From Candidatus Campbellbacteria bacterium (lineage in GTDB: Bacteria > Patescibacteriota > Minisyncoccia > Phycocordibacterales > EsbW-18): a DNA stretch of 64,000 nt. Location: contig JANLIT010000002.1 of the NCBI GenBank assembly GCA_024653945.1, positions 146,508 to 210,507 of the forward strand, written 5' to 3'. Positions 39,337-49,725 of the stretch are shown piece after piece. The notes below the pieces were generated by a model. The model searched no databases. It saw only the letters and a program-made list of their open reading frames with translations, and had not been told where the DNA came from. Within the stretch, counting starts at the first letter, position 1, and each line of letters begins with the position of its first letter. The position numbers and the translations under genes are program-made.

Positions 39337-40782
39337 ATGTATTCTCTTTTGACAAAAAAACGTTTGACGTCCAGTCAGGTCCTACACAAAGGAGGATTAT
39401 TGGTAACGGTGCTCGTTTTTGCATCCATTGGTATTTTAATGCTGACAGGGCTCGTTGCTTGGACAGGAATGAACGCACGGGTTTTGCGGACTGCAACATC
39501 ACGCGAACTCGCCTTTCATGTTGCGGAGGCCGGTATTGATTACTATCGATGGCATTTGGCACACGCACCAACTGACTACCAAGACGGAACAGGTGTCGCT
39601 GGTCCATATGTTCACCCGTTCTATGACACCGCAGGAAACATGGTTGGAAATTTCTCTCTCACCATTACGGCGCCAGTAGCGGGGTCCACGATTGTGAGAG
39701 TGCGTTCCACAGGTTCCACTATTGCAGAACCAACAATCACACGAAAAATTGAAGTACTCTTTGCCATTCCATCGTTTGCAAAATACGCGTGGGTGTTAAA
39801 TAGTTTCGTGAATTTTGGTTCAACTGCGTATGTGTATGGACCAATTCACTCAAACACAGGATTGCGTTTTGACGGTATTGCATACAACTTAGTAACGAGT
39901 GCCACATCAACATTTGATGACCCAGACCATTCGGGTGGATATGAATTTGGGGTTCATACGCACGATTCTCCTGTTGATCCGCTCCCACCAGCGGCGGTAC
40001 CTAATCGCGCGGATGTCTTTGTTGCGGGTCGCCAATTTCCAGTACCTGCAGTTGATTTTACTGGAATCATTTCAGATTTGTCACAAATAAAAAGTGCCGC
40101 ACAATCAGAGGGACGCTATTTTGCGGCATCAGGAGGTCTCGGGTATCATGTGGTGCTCAAAACAAATGATACGTTTGATTTGTATCGTGTAAATACCATG
40201 TACTCAAAAAGTGGGTGTTCATGTAGTGGTACGGGGTGTGGAACGTTGAGTATCAAAAGTGGTGGAGAAACGTTCCTTAGTAACTACACATTTCCAGCGA
40301 ACGGTCTTATTTTTGTGGAGGATCATATGTGGGTTAATGGAACGATTGATGGCGCGCGTCTTACCATAGCGTCTGCAAAGTTTCCTGACAATCCTTCAAC
40401 ACGGACAAATATCAATGTTACTAACGATATACGATATACGAATTATGATGGCACCGATGTCATTGGTCTCATTGCACAGGGTAATTTTAATGTTGGTTTA
40501 GTGAGCGAGGATGACCTTCGTGTTGATGCGGCAATTATTGCTCAAAATGGACGAATAGGTAGGTATAGCTACACTTCTGAGTGTTCACCGAATCATTTGC
40601 GCACACTTCTTACCACATACGGTATGTTGGGTACAAACCAGCGATCTGCCCTGTGGTATGGGAGTAATGGCTATCAAACCCGTAATTATATTTACGATGC
40701 AAACTTATTGTATGCGCCTCCGCCATCTTTTCCGCTTACTGCAGACCAATACATAACTATTTCCTGGGAAGAGGTTGAGTAA
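39337..40782 (+). CDS. PilX/GspK-like minor pilin
   Basis: 'KGGLLVTVLVF', 'AFHVAEAGI', 'YD.NL...PPP.FP'. Confidence 0.8.
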   Translation: MYSLLTKKRLTSSQVLHKGGLLVTVLVFASIGILMLTGLVAWTGMNARVLRTATSRELAFHVAEAGIDYYRWHLAHAPTDYQDGTGVAGPYVHPFYDTAGNMVGNFSLTITAPVAGSTIVRVRSTGSTIAEPTITRKIEVLFAIPSFAKYAWVLNSFVNFGSTAYVYGPIHSNTGLRFDGIAYNLVTSATSTFDDPDHSGGYEFGVHTHDSPVDPLPPAAVPNRADVFVAGRQFPVPAVDFTGIISDLSQIKSAAQSEGRYFAASGGLGYHVVLKTNDTFDLYRVNTMYSKSGCSCSGTGCGTLSIKSGGETFLSNYTFPANGLIFVEDHMWVNGTIDGARLTIASAKFPDNPSTRTNINVTNDIRYTNYDGTDVIGLIAQGNFNVGLVSEDDLRVDAAIIAQNGRIGRYSYTSECSPNHLRTLLTTYGMLGTNQRSALWYGSNGYQTRNYIYDANLLYAPPPSFPLTADQYITISWEEVE

Positions 40783-40809
40783 GTGTATGGCATGATATAA
40801 TGGGTGTGT

Positions 40810-41571
40810 ATGCGTTTACTTTTTGTTGCTAATTGGAAAATGAATCCCGACTCTGTGCGTGAGGCTGTTATGTTATGGAATGCAACGAAGAAATACGCAC
40901 AAAAGGCTCGTAAGACGAGTGTGGTTGTCTGTCCACCAACGCCTTTTATTGCATCATGTGCGACAAAGAGTGATGGTTTGGTTTTTTTTGGTGCGCAAGA
41001 TGTGTCTCTTTTTCCTAATGGAGCACACACCGGAGAAGTTTCAACGGGTATGCTCAAAGATATGCATGTTCGATACATTATTGCAGGACATTCAGAGCGT
41101 CGTGCTCTTGGGGAGTCAAATGAGTTAATCGCTCGAAAAGTACAAGCGGTCCTTGCATCAGGCCTTACACCAATTCTCTGTATTGGGGAACATGAACGCG
41201 GTATGCATGGGGAACATTTTGCATTTATTGAAGAGCAGATACGAGGTTCTCTACATGGTATTTCAAAAGCACGAGCACCAAAAATAATTCTGGCGTATGA
41301 GCCATTGTGGGCAATCGGCAGAACATCTGCACAGGCAATGAGCCCAAATGATGTTCATGAAATGGCATTATTTATACGAAAAATACTTTCAAAAATGTAT
41401 GGTCGCTCGGTTGGTATGTCAATTCCCATTTTGTATGGTGGGTCTGTTGAACCGAGCAACATCAACCCCATTGTGCGCGAGGGTGCGGTGCAAGGTGTTC
41501 TTGTTGGACACGCAAGCCTTGTTGCAAAAAATGTGGCTGACATGCTTTTTGCACTAGAAAAAGCACACTAG
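40810..41571 (+). CDS. tpiA: Triosephosphate isomerase
   Basis: 'NWKMN', 'GAHTGE', 'GHSERR', 'AYEPLWAIG', 'LYGGSV'. Confidence 0.97.
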   Translation: MRLLFVANWKMNPDSVREAVMLWNATKKYAQKARKTSVVVCPPTPFIASCATKSDGLVFFGAQDVSLFPNGAHTGEVSTGMLKDMHVRYIIAGHSERRALGESNELIARKVQAVLASGLTPILCIGEHERGMHGEHFAFIEEQIRGSLHGISKARAPKIILAYEPLWAIGRTSAQAMSPNDVHEMALFIRKILSKMYGRSVGMSIPILYGGSVEPSNINPIVREGAVQGVLVGHASLVAKNVADMLFALEKAH

Positions 41572-41576
41572 AATAT

Positions 41577-42698
41577 ATGTTGAAATCTATTACTGAAGCA
41601 CCCATCTCTCTCGGTGACCGTGTCTTGGTCCGTGGAAATCTTAATGTTCCTATTGAACATGGTGTCATAGCAGATACCTCCAGGGTTCTCGGAAACCTAC
41701 CCACACTGCGGTTTCTCAAGAGTAAAGGCGCAAAGGTTATTCTTATAGGACATTTGTCTGTTGAAGGGGAATCTCTTAAAACCGTTGCGGGCGTTCTCGC
41801 ACAGCACATTCCGGTTTCGTTTCTCACTAATCCGTTTAATTCTGAAGGAAAAGAAGTACTAAAAAAAATGGCAGATGGAGATATTGTGTGTATTGAAAAC
41901 ATTCGTCAATTTCCCGAAGAAGAAAAAAACGACGTAGATTTTGCAAAAAAACTTGCTGGGCTTGCTGACATGTTTGTGAATGACGATTTTACCTCTGCAC
42001 ATCGTGCGCACGCGTCTGTTGTTGGTGTGCCGAAATTGATACCGTCATACATGGGACTGGAATTTGCGGAGGAATATACACATCTTTCTCAAGCGTTTAA
42101 CCCGCAACACCCGTCGGTACTTATTGTTGGTGGTGCAAAACCGGAAACAAAACTCCCATTGATTACGGCACTTGCGCCTCACATGGATACAGTGTTTGTA
42201 TTTGGTGTTTCAGGAAACTCACTTCTTCGTGCAAAGGGATTTTCTGTTGGAAAGTCTCTGGTTGCTGTATCCAGCGATGAATCTCTTCAAACTATTTTGG
42301 CCATGCCAAACATATCTGCATATAGAGACGTACTCACTATTGATACAGGCGGAAAAGAACATGTACTCAAACCAGAAGCAATTGGGCCGGATGACACCAT
42401 TGTTGATGCTGGACCAGAGACACTGGCACACCTTTCTCAAGTTGTTTCTGGTGCGTCATTTGTGTTATGGAATGGTCCACTTGGCTTGTATGAAAAAGGA
42501 TTTTCTGTAGGAACGCAGGAATGTGCGCGCGCCATTGCGTCATCACATGCTGAAAGTATTGTTGGTGGTGGAGATACTGACGCCGTTCTTGCCGAGGGTC
42601 ATATCACGGGACACTTTTCTTTTATTTCATCTGCCGGCGGAGCGATGTTGGAATTTTTGGCGAAAGGAACACTTCCGGGGATTGAAGCGTTGAAGTAG
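41577..42698 (+). CDS. pgk: Phosphoglycerate kinase
   Basis: 'NVP', 'HRAHAS', 'GGAK', 'WNGPLG', 'GGGDT', 'GGAMLEFL'. Confidence 0.97.
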   Translation: MLKSITEAPISLGDRVLVRGNLNVPIEHGVIADTSRVLGNLPTLRFLKSKGAKVILIGHLSVEGESLKTVAGVLAQHIPVSFLTNPFNSEGKEVLKKMADGDIVCIENIRQFPEEEKNDVDFAKKLAGLADMFVNDDFTSAHRAHASVVGVPKLIPSYMGLEFAEEYTHLSQAFNPQHPSVLIVGGAKPETKLPLITALAPHMDTVFVFGVSGNSLLRAKGFSVGKSLVAVSSDESLQTILAMPNISAYRDVLTIDTGGKEHVLKPEAIGPDDTIVDAGPETLAHLSQVVSGASFVLWNGPLGLYEKGFSVGTQECARAIASSHAESIVGGGDTDAVLAEGHITGHFSFISSAGGAMLEFLAKGTLPGIEALK

Positions 42699-42760
42699 TT
42701 GACGGATGTGGTTTCTCCATGTATTGTCGACACGGATACAGTTCTTTCAGGGAGGGAATT

Positions 42761-42982
42761 ATGAACAAAGACGACCCATCGCTCGCGTATCGCCAGGAAC
42801 AGGACGAATTTGCCATCTACGGATCGAATGGAAGTGGTCCTGTCGTGCTTTCACTCGAGGATTTTCGGAAACTTCTCGATGAAGGACACCGTCTGCTTCT
42901 AGACCGAAGTCTGCGTCGTCATGAGTGGAACAAAAAGACTCCACCCAACGATTCCGCGGAGGTATCTCATCAGGAGGCATGA
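42761..42982 (+). CDS. Hypothetical protein
   Basis: SD gggaggg before ATG. Confidence 0.5.
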   Translation: MNKDDPSLAYRQEQDEFAIYGSNGSGPVVLSLEDFRKLLDEGHRLLLDRSLRRHEWNKKTPPNDSAEVSHQEA

Positions 42983-43023
42983 TGCTGTTGACGACAACGT
43001 AGCCTTTTCAAAGGAGGTGGCAT

Positions 43024-43269
43024 ATGTCACTGCACAGGAGCTTTCATTCCAAGATCTCACGGTCTCGTCGGAAGACTCGGCAGCAGACGCCAGGTCAGGC
43101 TCGTTCTGCCGAGCGCAAGCGCCAGTGCCAGAAGCGTCGGTTGAAGGGAGCCGATGTAGGGCGTCTCTATCAGGAGGCTCTGCGTCAGAGCGAGGAATTC
43201 CGGCGCTTCGAAAGGGACAGGGAGGCGAAGAACAGAGATAGGTATCCCTACAGCTACAGTCGCTGGTAG
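43024..43269 (+). CDS. Small basic hypothetical protein
   Basis: Strong SD aaggaggt before ATG; hairpin after the stop. Confidence 0.5.
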   Translation: MSLHRSFHSKISRSRRKTRQQTPGQARSAERKRQCQKRRLKGADVGRLYQEALRQSEEFRRFERDREAKNRDRYPYSYSRW

Positions 43270-43318
43270 GTTTTCGAAGCAAGAAGCAAGCCTCGCACGG
43301 AAGTGTGGGGCGTTTCAT

Positions 43319-43726
43319 TTATATAAATGCATTTCGAATTTTTTCTCCGGTCTGTTGCATTTCTCCTTCAGCATAGGGTTTGCCGTGCCACTGCTCGCGC
43401 CCGTCGTCTGCTAAGCGTGGAATGACGTGTATGTGGGCATGGAACACAATTTGCCCCGAAATACCACCATTGTTTGAAACGATATTAACACCGTCACAAC
43501 CAGTTTTTTTCAAGGCGGTAGCCACTTTCTTTGCTGTGATTACCACGTGACTAAGTGTTTCTTCGGGTGTATCAAATATGTTCAAAAAGTGTTTTTTGGG
43601 AAGAACAAGTGTGTGCCCAGGATTCACAGGATTGAGGTCTAAAAAAGCAAAGGTATATTCATCTTCGTATACCTTTTCTGCAGGAATTTTTCCCGCCACG
43701 ATTTTACAAAAAATACAGTCTGACAT
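43319..43726 (-). CDS. HIT family protein
   Basis: 'CIFCKI', 'GHTLVLPKKH', 'HAHIHVIPR'. Confidence 0.95.
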   Translation of the reverse strand: MSDCIFCKIVAGKIPAEKVYEDEYTFAFLDLNPVNPGHTLVLPKKHFLNIFDTPEETLSHVVITAKKVATALKKTGCDGVNIVSNNGGISGQIVFHAHIHVIPRLADDGREQWHGKPYAEGEMQQTGEKIRNAFI

Positions 43727-43756
43727 ACCTGCCATTGTAGCGGTATACTGCTCTCA

Positions 43757-45511
43757 ATGAAAGAGTACACAATTGCTGAAAAACCAAGCGGGGAGAGGGC
43801 ACGGGAGCTCGCCGAATACTCGGAGATTGTTCAAAATCTCTTATTTCACCGAGGTATTGTGACTGCACCCGCAGCGGAGGCGTTTATTTCGCCAGACTAC
43901 GACCGTGATGTGCACGACCCGTTTTTGCTCCACAACATGGACAAAGCAATTGAGCGTATTCTTTTGGCGATAGAGCGCAATGAACACATTGCACTCTTTT
44001 CTGATTTTGACGCAGACGGTATTCCTTCTGCGGTGGTGATGCACGACGTCCTCAAAAAAATTGGATATGAAAATTTCTCTATCACTATTCCACACCGAAA
44101 TATAGAAGGGTTTGGTCTCAATGAAACGGCAATCTCAAATTTTATTGAGAAAAAAGTCGGACTCATCATCACACTTGATTGTGGTATGGGAGATGTTGGA
44201 CATATTGCTCGCGCAACCGAAGCGGGTATTGATGTCATCATCACCGACCACCATATGGAAAATCAAGAGGTGCCGAAAGCATTTGCAATTGTGAATCCAA
44301 ACCAAGAAGGGGACACGTATCCAAACAAAAATTTGTGTGGCGCAGGTGTTGCGTTCAAAGTCGCACAAGCATTTCTTCAAAAACTAGAGGACAAAAGTAA
44401 AAAGAAAGAGCTCACACCTGCATTTATGCTCCACCCGTCCATTGCCCCAGGGTGGGAGAAGTGGCTTTTGGATATGGTTGGTATCGCAACACTCTCTGAC
44501 ATGGTCTCGCTCACGGGAGAAAATCGTGTGTTTGTGCACTATGGACTTCTTGTGTTACGAAAGTCACCACGTCTCGGTGTTCGCACACTTCTTTCACATT
44601 TGCGGATAAAACAACACACGCTCACCGAAGATGATGTGGTATTTATGATTACTCCACGGATTAATGCAGCATCACGCATGGATGAACCAGAGGCAGCATT
44701 TCAACTTCTTTCAACAACAGATCTGACGGAAGCAGAAACACTGGTGCGTCACTTGGATACTATCAACAACGAACGAAAAGGTGCGGTTGCGCAGATGTCC
44801 AAGGAAATAAAACAAAAATTTGAGGAAACACCAAATGAATTTCCAGTTATTGTTGTGGGGAATACGCACTGGCGTCCAGGCTTACTTGGACTCGCTGCAA
44901 CACATGCGGTTGAAGCCTACGGAAAAAGTGCCTTTGTGTGGGGACGGGGAGACGCGGCCGTTATTAAAGGCTCCGTGCGGTCCGATGGGCGTGTTGGTGT
45001 GATGGAGTTGATGAGTGAAGTACGACATCTCTTTATTGAATTTGGGGGACACAAGTATTCGGGCGGTTTTTCTATCACGGTAGAAAATCTCATGTTGTTG
45101 GAAGGTGCACTTTCAGAGGCACATACAAAACTTGCATCAAAAGAAGTTTCTGAAGAAAAGCTTACCGTTGATGCAGTACTTTCTCTTGATGATGTTACAC
45201 AAACTACGTACTCAGACATTACACAACTGGCTCCTTTTGGTGCAGGAAACCCAAAACCAGTGTTTGCATTTGAACAGATACAAATTGATAGAGTAGAAAT
45301 GTTTGGAAAAGAAAAACAGCATATTAAATTACTTTTTAAAACATCAGCAAACAAAATGATTTCTGCAGTGAAGTTTTTTGCGAAAGGAAATCCTACATTG
45401 GAAGGGTTGTCAGCAGGGCAGAGCATCACACTTCTTGCATCTCTTGAAAAAGAAACATTTGGCTACACGAATGGCATCCGATTGCGCATTGTTGACGTAC
45501 TCACGTCCTAA
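43757..45511 (+). CDS. recJ: ssDNA exonuclease RecJ
   Basis: 'DFDADG', 'TLDCG', 'TDHH', 'PRINAASR', 'GGH', 'PFGAGNPKP'. Confidence 0.96.
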   Translation: MKEYTIAEKPSGERARELAEYSEIVQNLLFHRGIVTAPAAEAFISPDYDRDVHDPFLLHNMDKAIERILLAIERNEHIALFSDFDADGIPSAVVMHDVLKKIGYENFSITIPHRNIEGFGLNETAISNFIEKKVGLIITLDCGMGDVGHIARATEAGIDVIITDHHMENQEVPKAFAIVNPNQEGDTYPNKNLCGAGVAFKVAQAFLQKLEDKSKKKELTPAFMLHPSIAPGWEKWLLDMVGIATLSDMVSLTGENRVFVHYGLLVLRKSPRLGVRTLLSHLRIKQHTLTEDDVVFMITPRINAASRMDEPEAAFQLLSTTDLTEAETLVRHLDTINNERKGAVAQMSKEIKQKFEETPNEFPVIVVGNTHWRPGLLGLAATHAVEAYGKSAFVWGRGDAAVIKGSVRSDGRVGVMELMSEVRHLFIEFGGHKYSGGFSITVENLMLLEGALSEAHTKLASKEVSEEKLTVDAVLSLDDVTQTTYSDITQLAPFGAGNPKPVFAFEQIQIDRVEMFGKEKQHIKLLFKTSANKMISAVKFFAKGNPTLEGLSAGQSITLLASLEKETFGYTNGIRLRIVDVLTS

Positions 45512-45577
45512 GCATATAGTGCGGGCAGAAGCACCCGACGGTATACTACTCTCGGGATAAGAAGAAAGGAGTCGACC

Positions 45578-46195
45578 ATGTCTCACGACACGCTCGGCAG
45601 AACAGTTGTGGCGTTTATGGATGCCAGCGAGGAGTCCCAGAATCTCATCACCGATTTTGCGGAGAAGCTCATGAATCCTACCCCCGAGTGGGTTCGAGAG
45701 TCAAAACACTTTCTTCGCAAGGAGCCGTGCTGGGTTTCGTATGGGGTGGTTGCCACTCCGATGCTCAACCTCCTCGAGTTCTTCAAAACTCGAGAGGGTC
45801 TCGGGGTCTCGTGGGAGTTTAAAGAGCAAATTCTCGCTCCAGCGCTCGCGATGGGGGGCGACTTGCTGGCAACGGTTGGCACGCCGTTTGACCTGCCGAA
45901 GGACATGGACGAGGGCGAAATCCGCAAGGAGCTCGGCGAGAACCATGTCTTCGAAGATGCTCGCTCGTTCTGCCTCTACCTTGCCAGCGCTCTCGGGCGT
46001 CAGTGGGACGGCAAGGATGGGGACTTCCTGACCAATGGGAGCGCGAACACCTTCTATGTTTGCGGACTCAACGGTGAGGTCTTTGTGGTCGACGCCTACT
46101 GGAGCACTGACGACAGCGGGTGGAGCGTGCTAGTGTATTACTTAGACACCATTCGCTGGGATGCAGGTGACCGTGCCTTTCCCTGCAGTTCCTGA
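45578..46195 (+). CDS. Hypothetical protein, candidate DGR target (CLec-like C-terminal variable region)
   Basis: SD aaggag; Trp-spaced C-terminus 'NTFYV..VFVVDAYW..GWSV..RWDAGDRAF'; NNC-rich codons; downstream hairpin. Confidence 0.6.
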   Translation: MSHDTLGRTVVAFMDASEESQNLITDFAEKLMNPTPEWVRESKHFLRKEPCWVSYGVVATPMLNLLEFFKTREGLGVSWEFKEQILAPALAMGGDLLATVGTPFDLPKDMDEGEIRKELGENHVFEDARSFCLYLASALGRQWDGKDGDFLTNGSANTFYVCGLNGEVFVVDAYWSTDDSGWSVLVYYLDTIRWDAGDRAFPCSS

Positions 46196-46268
46196 AGAAG
46201 TTTGGGCCCGCCGATGCACAAGAGTGCAGGGCGGGTCTTTTTCGTATTTATTTTGCTACAATATCGGG

Positions 46269-46694
46269 ATGAATTACATTGTCTACACAGATGGAGGTGC
46301 GAGAGGAAATCCGGGTCCTGCGGGAATTGGTTTTGTGATTGTTGAAGGAAATATTACCGTTAAACGCGGGCACGCACACATTGGTGAGACGACAAATAAT
46401 CAAGCCGAATATGAAGCACTTATTCGAGCGCTTACGGAACTCGATATCCGTATGCCTAAAAAAGGAAGAGAAGAACATAACGTGGAGGTTCGTATGGACA
46501 GCGAATTGGTAATTAAACAACTTCGTCATGAATACAAAGTGAAAGACGTTGGGTTGAAATTACAGTTTGCAAAAGTTGACGCACTTCTTTCGCGGTTTCC
46601 ACACGTCACCTTCAAGCATATTTTTAGAGCACAAAATGCAGAGGCGGATGCACTTGCCAACGAAGCGATGGATGTACACCATACATCCAAATAA
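46269..46694 (+). CDS. Ribonuclease HI family protein
   Basis: 'YTDGGARGNPGPAG', 'TNNQAEY', 'DSELV', 'N..AD.LAN'. Confidence 0.93.
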   Translation: MNYIVYTDGGARGNPGPAGIGFVIVEGNITVKRGHAHIGETTNNQAEYEALIRALTELDIRMPKKGREEHNVEVRMDSELVIKQLRHEYKVKDVGLKLQFAKVDALLSRFPHVTFKHIFRAQNAEADALANEAMDVHHTSK

Positions 46695-46779
46695 TCAATA
46701 ACCAAGCATCACATTCCAAACAAAATCATCATAGATAAAAAACCAGCACCACTCTGAAACACATCAGTGGTGCTGGAAG

Positions 46780-47022
46780 TCATACGGCGATGATGACCAC
46801 GGCTTTTCTTTTTTGAAGTTCGGCAAGATCAAGGTCAAGCAGGTACATTCCCGCAGTCACTCGAACAAGACAGCATTCTTTGTCCGTGAAGAACAAGGAT
46901 TCTGTCCTACGAGTAAAAACAACCTTGAATTGTTGGAATGTAACCTCCGTGCCATACCTCTCAGTAAACTCGGTGTAAACGAGCTCTGCGGGTACGACAA
47001 CAACAAGTTTTGCAAACCCCAT
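46780..47022 (-). CDS. Hypothetical protein
   Basis: SD-like gaaagggg before ATG; terminator hairpin at 46743-46777. Confidence 0.5.
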   Translation of the reverse strand: MGFAKLVVVVPAELVYTEFTERYGTEVTFQQFKVVFTRRTESLFFTDKECCLVRVTAGMYLLDLDLAELQKRKAVVIIAV

Positions 47023-47119
47023 AGGTTCCCCTTTCTCTCATCTGTCTGAATCCTAGCAGAGAAACTACCGTCCTCCAATTTTATCCTGTCTTTATGAGGA
47101 AAGGGTACGCTAGAAGACC

Positions 47120-48607
47120 ATGCCGAGTATTTTTGTATATGCTGGAGTCATTGGTTTTCTTGTGGGTGTTGCGGTGAGAAGTGTGTTTGAGGTGCCAATG
47201 ATTTTTGAGGTTTGTGTGGGAATTGTTGGAGTCTGTGTATGTGTGGCAGGTGCCGCACGGCGCGGGAGTACCCGCGCCGTGCTCTCGTGTGGTATCTGTT
47301 TTGTTCTTTTTTCTGCTGGGCTCATTCGTGCAGATGTTTCATTTGCGAACGATGGAAATTTCCTTGATGCACAACTCGGACAAACAATAATTGAAGGAAT
47401 TGTTGTCGGTGAGCCCTCGTTTACGGAGAAATCTCAAAATGTGACGCTCAAAGTTTTGCACGAAAAAGAAACAGCACGCGTGAGTATTATTACTTCGCCA
47501 TTCCCTCCGTTTGTGTATGGCGACGTGCTTCGGGTATCTGGAAATCTCAAAAAACCCGAATCATTTGTTACTGATAACGGCTCAACGTTCAACTATCCAG
47601 CGTATCTTGCTAAAGACGGCATTTTTCAGCAGATGCTGTTTCCTATAATAGACATTATTTCACGTGGCAAAGGAAACTTTTTGTATCGCGCGTTGTTTTC
47701 TGTTCGACGACGGTTCGTTGATACTGTTGCCACACATCTACCCGAACCGAACGCATCACTCCTTTCAGGAATTTCTATTGGTGCAAAAGATGGTATGGAT
47801 GATGCAACAGATGAAATGTTTCGGCGGGTGGGCTTGATTCATATTGTCGTGTTATCTGGATACAACATTACGGTTGTGTCAGATACGGTGATGCGACTTC
47901 TCTCGTTTTTACCACGTGCGTTTATGTTGGGAGGGGGAGGTGTGGTGGTACTTTTATTTACTATTATGACTGGTGCAACGGCCACAGCGGTTCGTGCAGC
48001 AAGTATGGCAGTGCTCGCGCTTCTTGCTCGAATAGTGGAAGCGAAATACGACATTGTTCGCGCGCTGTTTCTTGTTGCGTTTGTGATGGTTCTACACAAT
48101 CCGCGCGTACTGCTGTTTGACCCGTCGTTTCAGCTTAGTTTTCTGGCGACGTTTGGGCTCATCACACTTTCACCGATTATTGAGAAAAAACTCGCGCGTG
48201 TTACCAACACGTTTTCATTGCGTCAAACACTTTCTGCAACACTTGCCACACAAGTATTTGTGGTACCACTATTGGTACATATGAATGGGCAGGTGAGTTT
48301 CATTTCGCTTGTTGCGAATGTTGTTGTGTTGCCAGTCATTCCGCTCTCCATGTTTTTCACGTATCTTTTGGGTGGTATTGGTCCATTTGTAGCACCAGTC
48401 GCAACACTTCTTTCATTTCCAACATTTGTTGTTTCCGAATACATTTTGGAGGTAAGTGACTTTTTCTCGCGTGTACCCTTTGCATCAGTTGATGTTGGTT
48501 TGCATCCTGCCATACTCCTTGTTGTGTACAGTGTACTTCTCTGGTGGATTTGGAAACAACAACACCCACCAAAGAGGCGGGTGTTGGGTGACAACCAGAA
48601 TGTGTAG
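47120..48607 (+). CDS. comEC: ComEC competence membrane domain protein
   Basis: 'GLIHIVVLSGYN', 'SFQLSF.AT', 'AN'. Confidence 0.92.
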   Translation: MPSIFVYAGVIGFLVGVAVRSVFEVPMIFEVCVGIVGVCVCVAGAARRGSTRAVLSCGICFVLFSAGLIRADVSFANDGNFLDAQLGQTIIEGIVVGEPSFTEKSQNVTLKVLHEKETARVSIITSPFPPFVYGDVLRVSGNLKKPESFVTDNGSTFNYPAYLAKDGIFQQMLFPIIDIISRGKGNFLYRALFSVRRRFVDTVATHLPEPNASLLSGISIGAKDGMDDATDEMFRRVGLIHIVVLSGYNITVVSDTVMRLLSFLPRAFMLGGGGVVVLLFTIMTGATATAVRAASMAVLALLARIVEAKYDIVRALFLVAFVMVLHNPRVLLFDPSFQLSFLATFGLITLSPIIEKKLARVTNTFSLRQTLSATLATQVFVVPLLVHMNGQVSFISLVANVVVLPVIPLSMFFTYLLGGIGPFVAPVATLLSFPTFVVSEYILEVSDFFSRVPFASVDVGLHPAILLVVYSVLLWWIWKQQHPPKRRVLGDNQNV

Positions 48608-49033
48608 TTATACGTTGTCTGCTGACTCTGATTCTGAACCCGTGTCAGTTGCACGACATGCTTTTGCGTCTGTTTTGAATGTTTTCCAGGCACTCTTGCG
48701 GGCACTGTTCCACGTTCTCCACATGCCTTTCTTCGCATCTTTAAAACTTTTCCACGCAGCCTTGATTGCCGCATTGCGTTCTTTTCTGTCTTCTATTTTC
48801 CACGCTTCAACAAGTGCATCTCGACGTGCCTTGAGTGCAGTTGTGGCAGTGGTATGTAGTGTGTCCCACGCAGTAATAATTGTATTCTCACGTTTCTCAA
48901 CCGCCGTTTGCATGCACGTAAGGTCTACGATTTTTCCATTCGATCTAGGTGATGAAGAATCGCTTTCTGCGAGTGCGGGCGTAGCAGAAAGTAAAATACC
49001 AACCACCATTAAAAATGCAATAAGTTTTTTCAT
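48608..49033 (-). CDS. Secreted helical hypothetical protein
   Basis: Signal peptide; repeated 'AWK.FK'. Confidence 0.75.
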   Translation of the reverse strand: MKKLIAFLMVVGILLSATPALAESDSSSPRSNGKIVDLTCMQTAVEKRENTIITAWDTLHTTATTALKARRDALVEAWKIEDRKERNAAIKAAWKSFKDAKKGMWRTWNSARKSAWKTFKTDAKACRATDTGSESESADNV

Positions 49034-49125
49034 ACAACAGTAATGATTATGTAGTAATTATTAAACGACACCCGTGTACGAATGTCGTTTATAGTATATC
49101 TGATATTGCTGTAGTTGCCACAAGT

Positions 49126-49725
49126 CTATGAAACTCGTTCGTGGACAAACAACTCATTCGCTTTAGTCCAGTTGAAATTTTCAAGGTAGGCATCAATATA
49201 CTTCATCTTGTCTGCAGGTGCATAGTCCATGAGATATGCGTGCTCCCACATGTCCAGCATGATGATTGGATGAAGTCCGACAAGATGACCGAGGTGTTGC
49301 TCATCAACCCACTGTGTGAGAAGTCGATCGCCCGCAGGATCATAGAGGAGTGCGGCCCAGCCAATGCCTCGAGTGAGAGCGATTGCTTTAAATCGAGCCA
49401 TGAACTGAGGAATACTTTCCCATGTTTTGGTTATTTCAACAGCGAGGGGCGAGTCAGAAGGGAGAGGTTGAGAACCACCTTCGAGTGCGCCGAAGTAAAA
49501 CTCATGATTGCGCATGCCGTCAAATTCAAAGGCAAAACGTCTCTGGAGCTCACCGAGAGCGTATGCATTCTTCGTAGAATCCTTCGCATACTCCTCAATT
49601 TGGCTCAAAATAAGGTTTGTATTTTTTACGTATCCCTCGTAGAGCTTAAGGTGGGTCTCAATAGTCTTTTGAGATAGACCGGAGAGGGCGGGGAGGTTGA
49701 ATTCTTGTGGTTTGTAGTCGGTCAT
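49126..49725 (-). CDS. sod: Fe/Mn superoxide dismutase
   Basis: 'HLKLYEGYV', 'NHEFYF', 'DMWEHAY'. Confidence 0.93.
   Translation of the reverse strand: MTDYKPQEFNLPALSGLSQKTIETHLKLYEGYVKNTNLILSQIEEYAKDSTKNAYALGELQRRFAFEFDGMRNHEFYFGALEGGSQPLPSDSPLAVEITKTWESIPQFMARFKAIALTRGIGWAALLYDPAGDRLLTQWVDEQHLGHLVGLHPIIMLDMWEHAYLMDYAPADKMKYIDAYLENFNWTKANELFVHERVS

Noticed and set aside
42921-43318. Alternative ORFs 42921-43241(+) and 42899-43318(-)
   Set aside because: They lack an SD; the frame at 43024 has a strong AAGGAGGT and was preferred, though still uncertain.
48223-49677. Antisense ORFs over comEC, the secreted protein and sod
   Set aside because: They overlap well-supported genes on the other strand and have no motifs.
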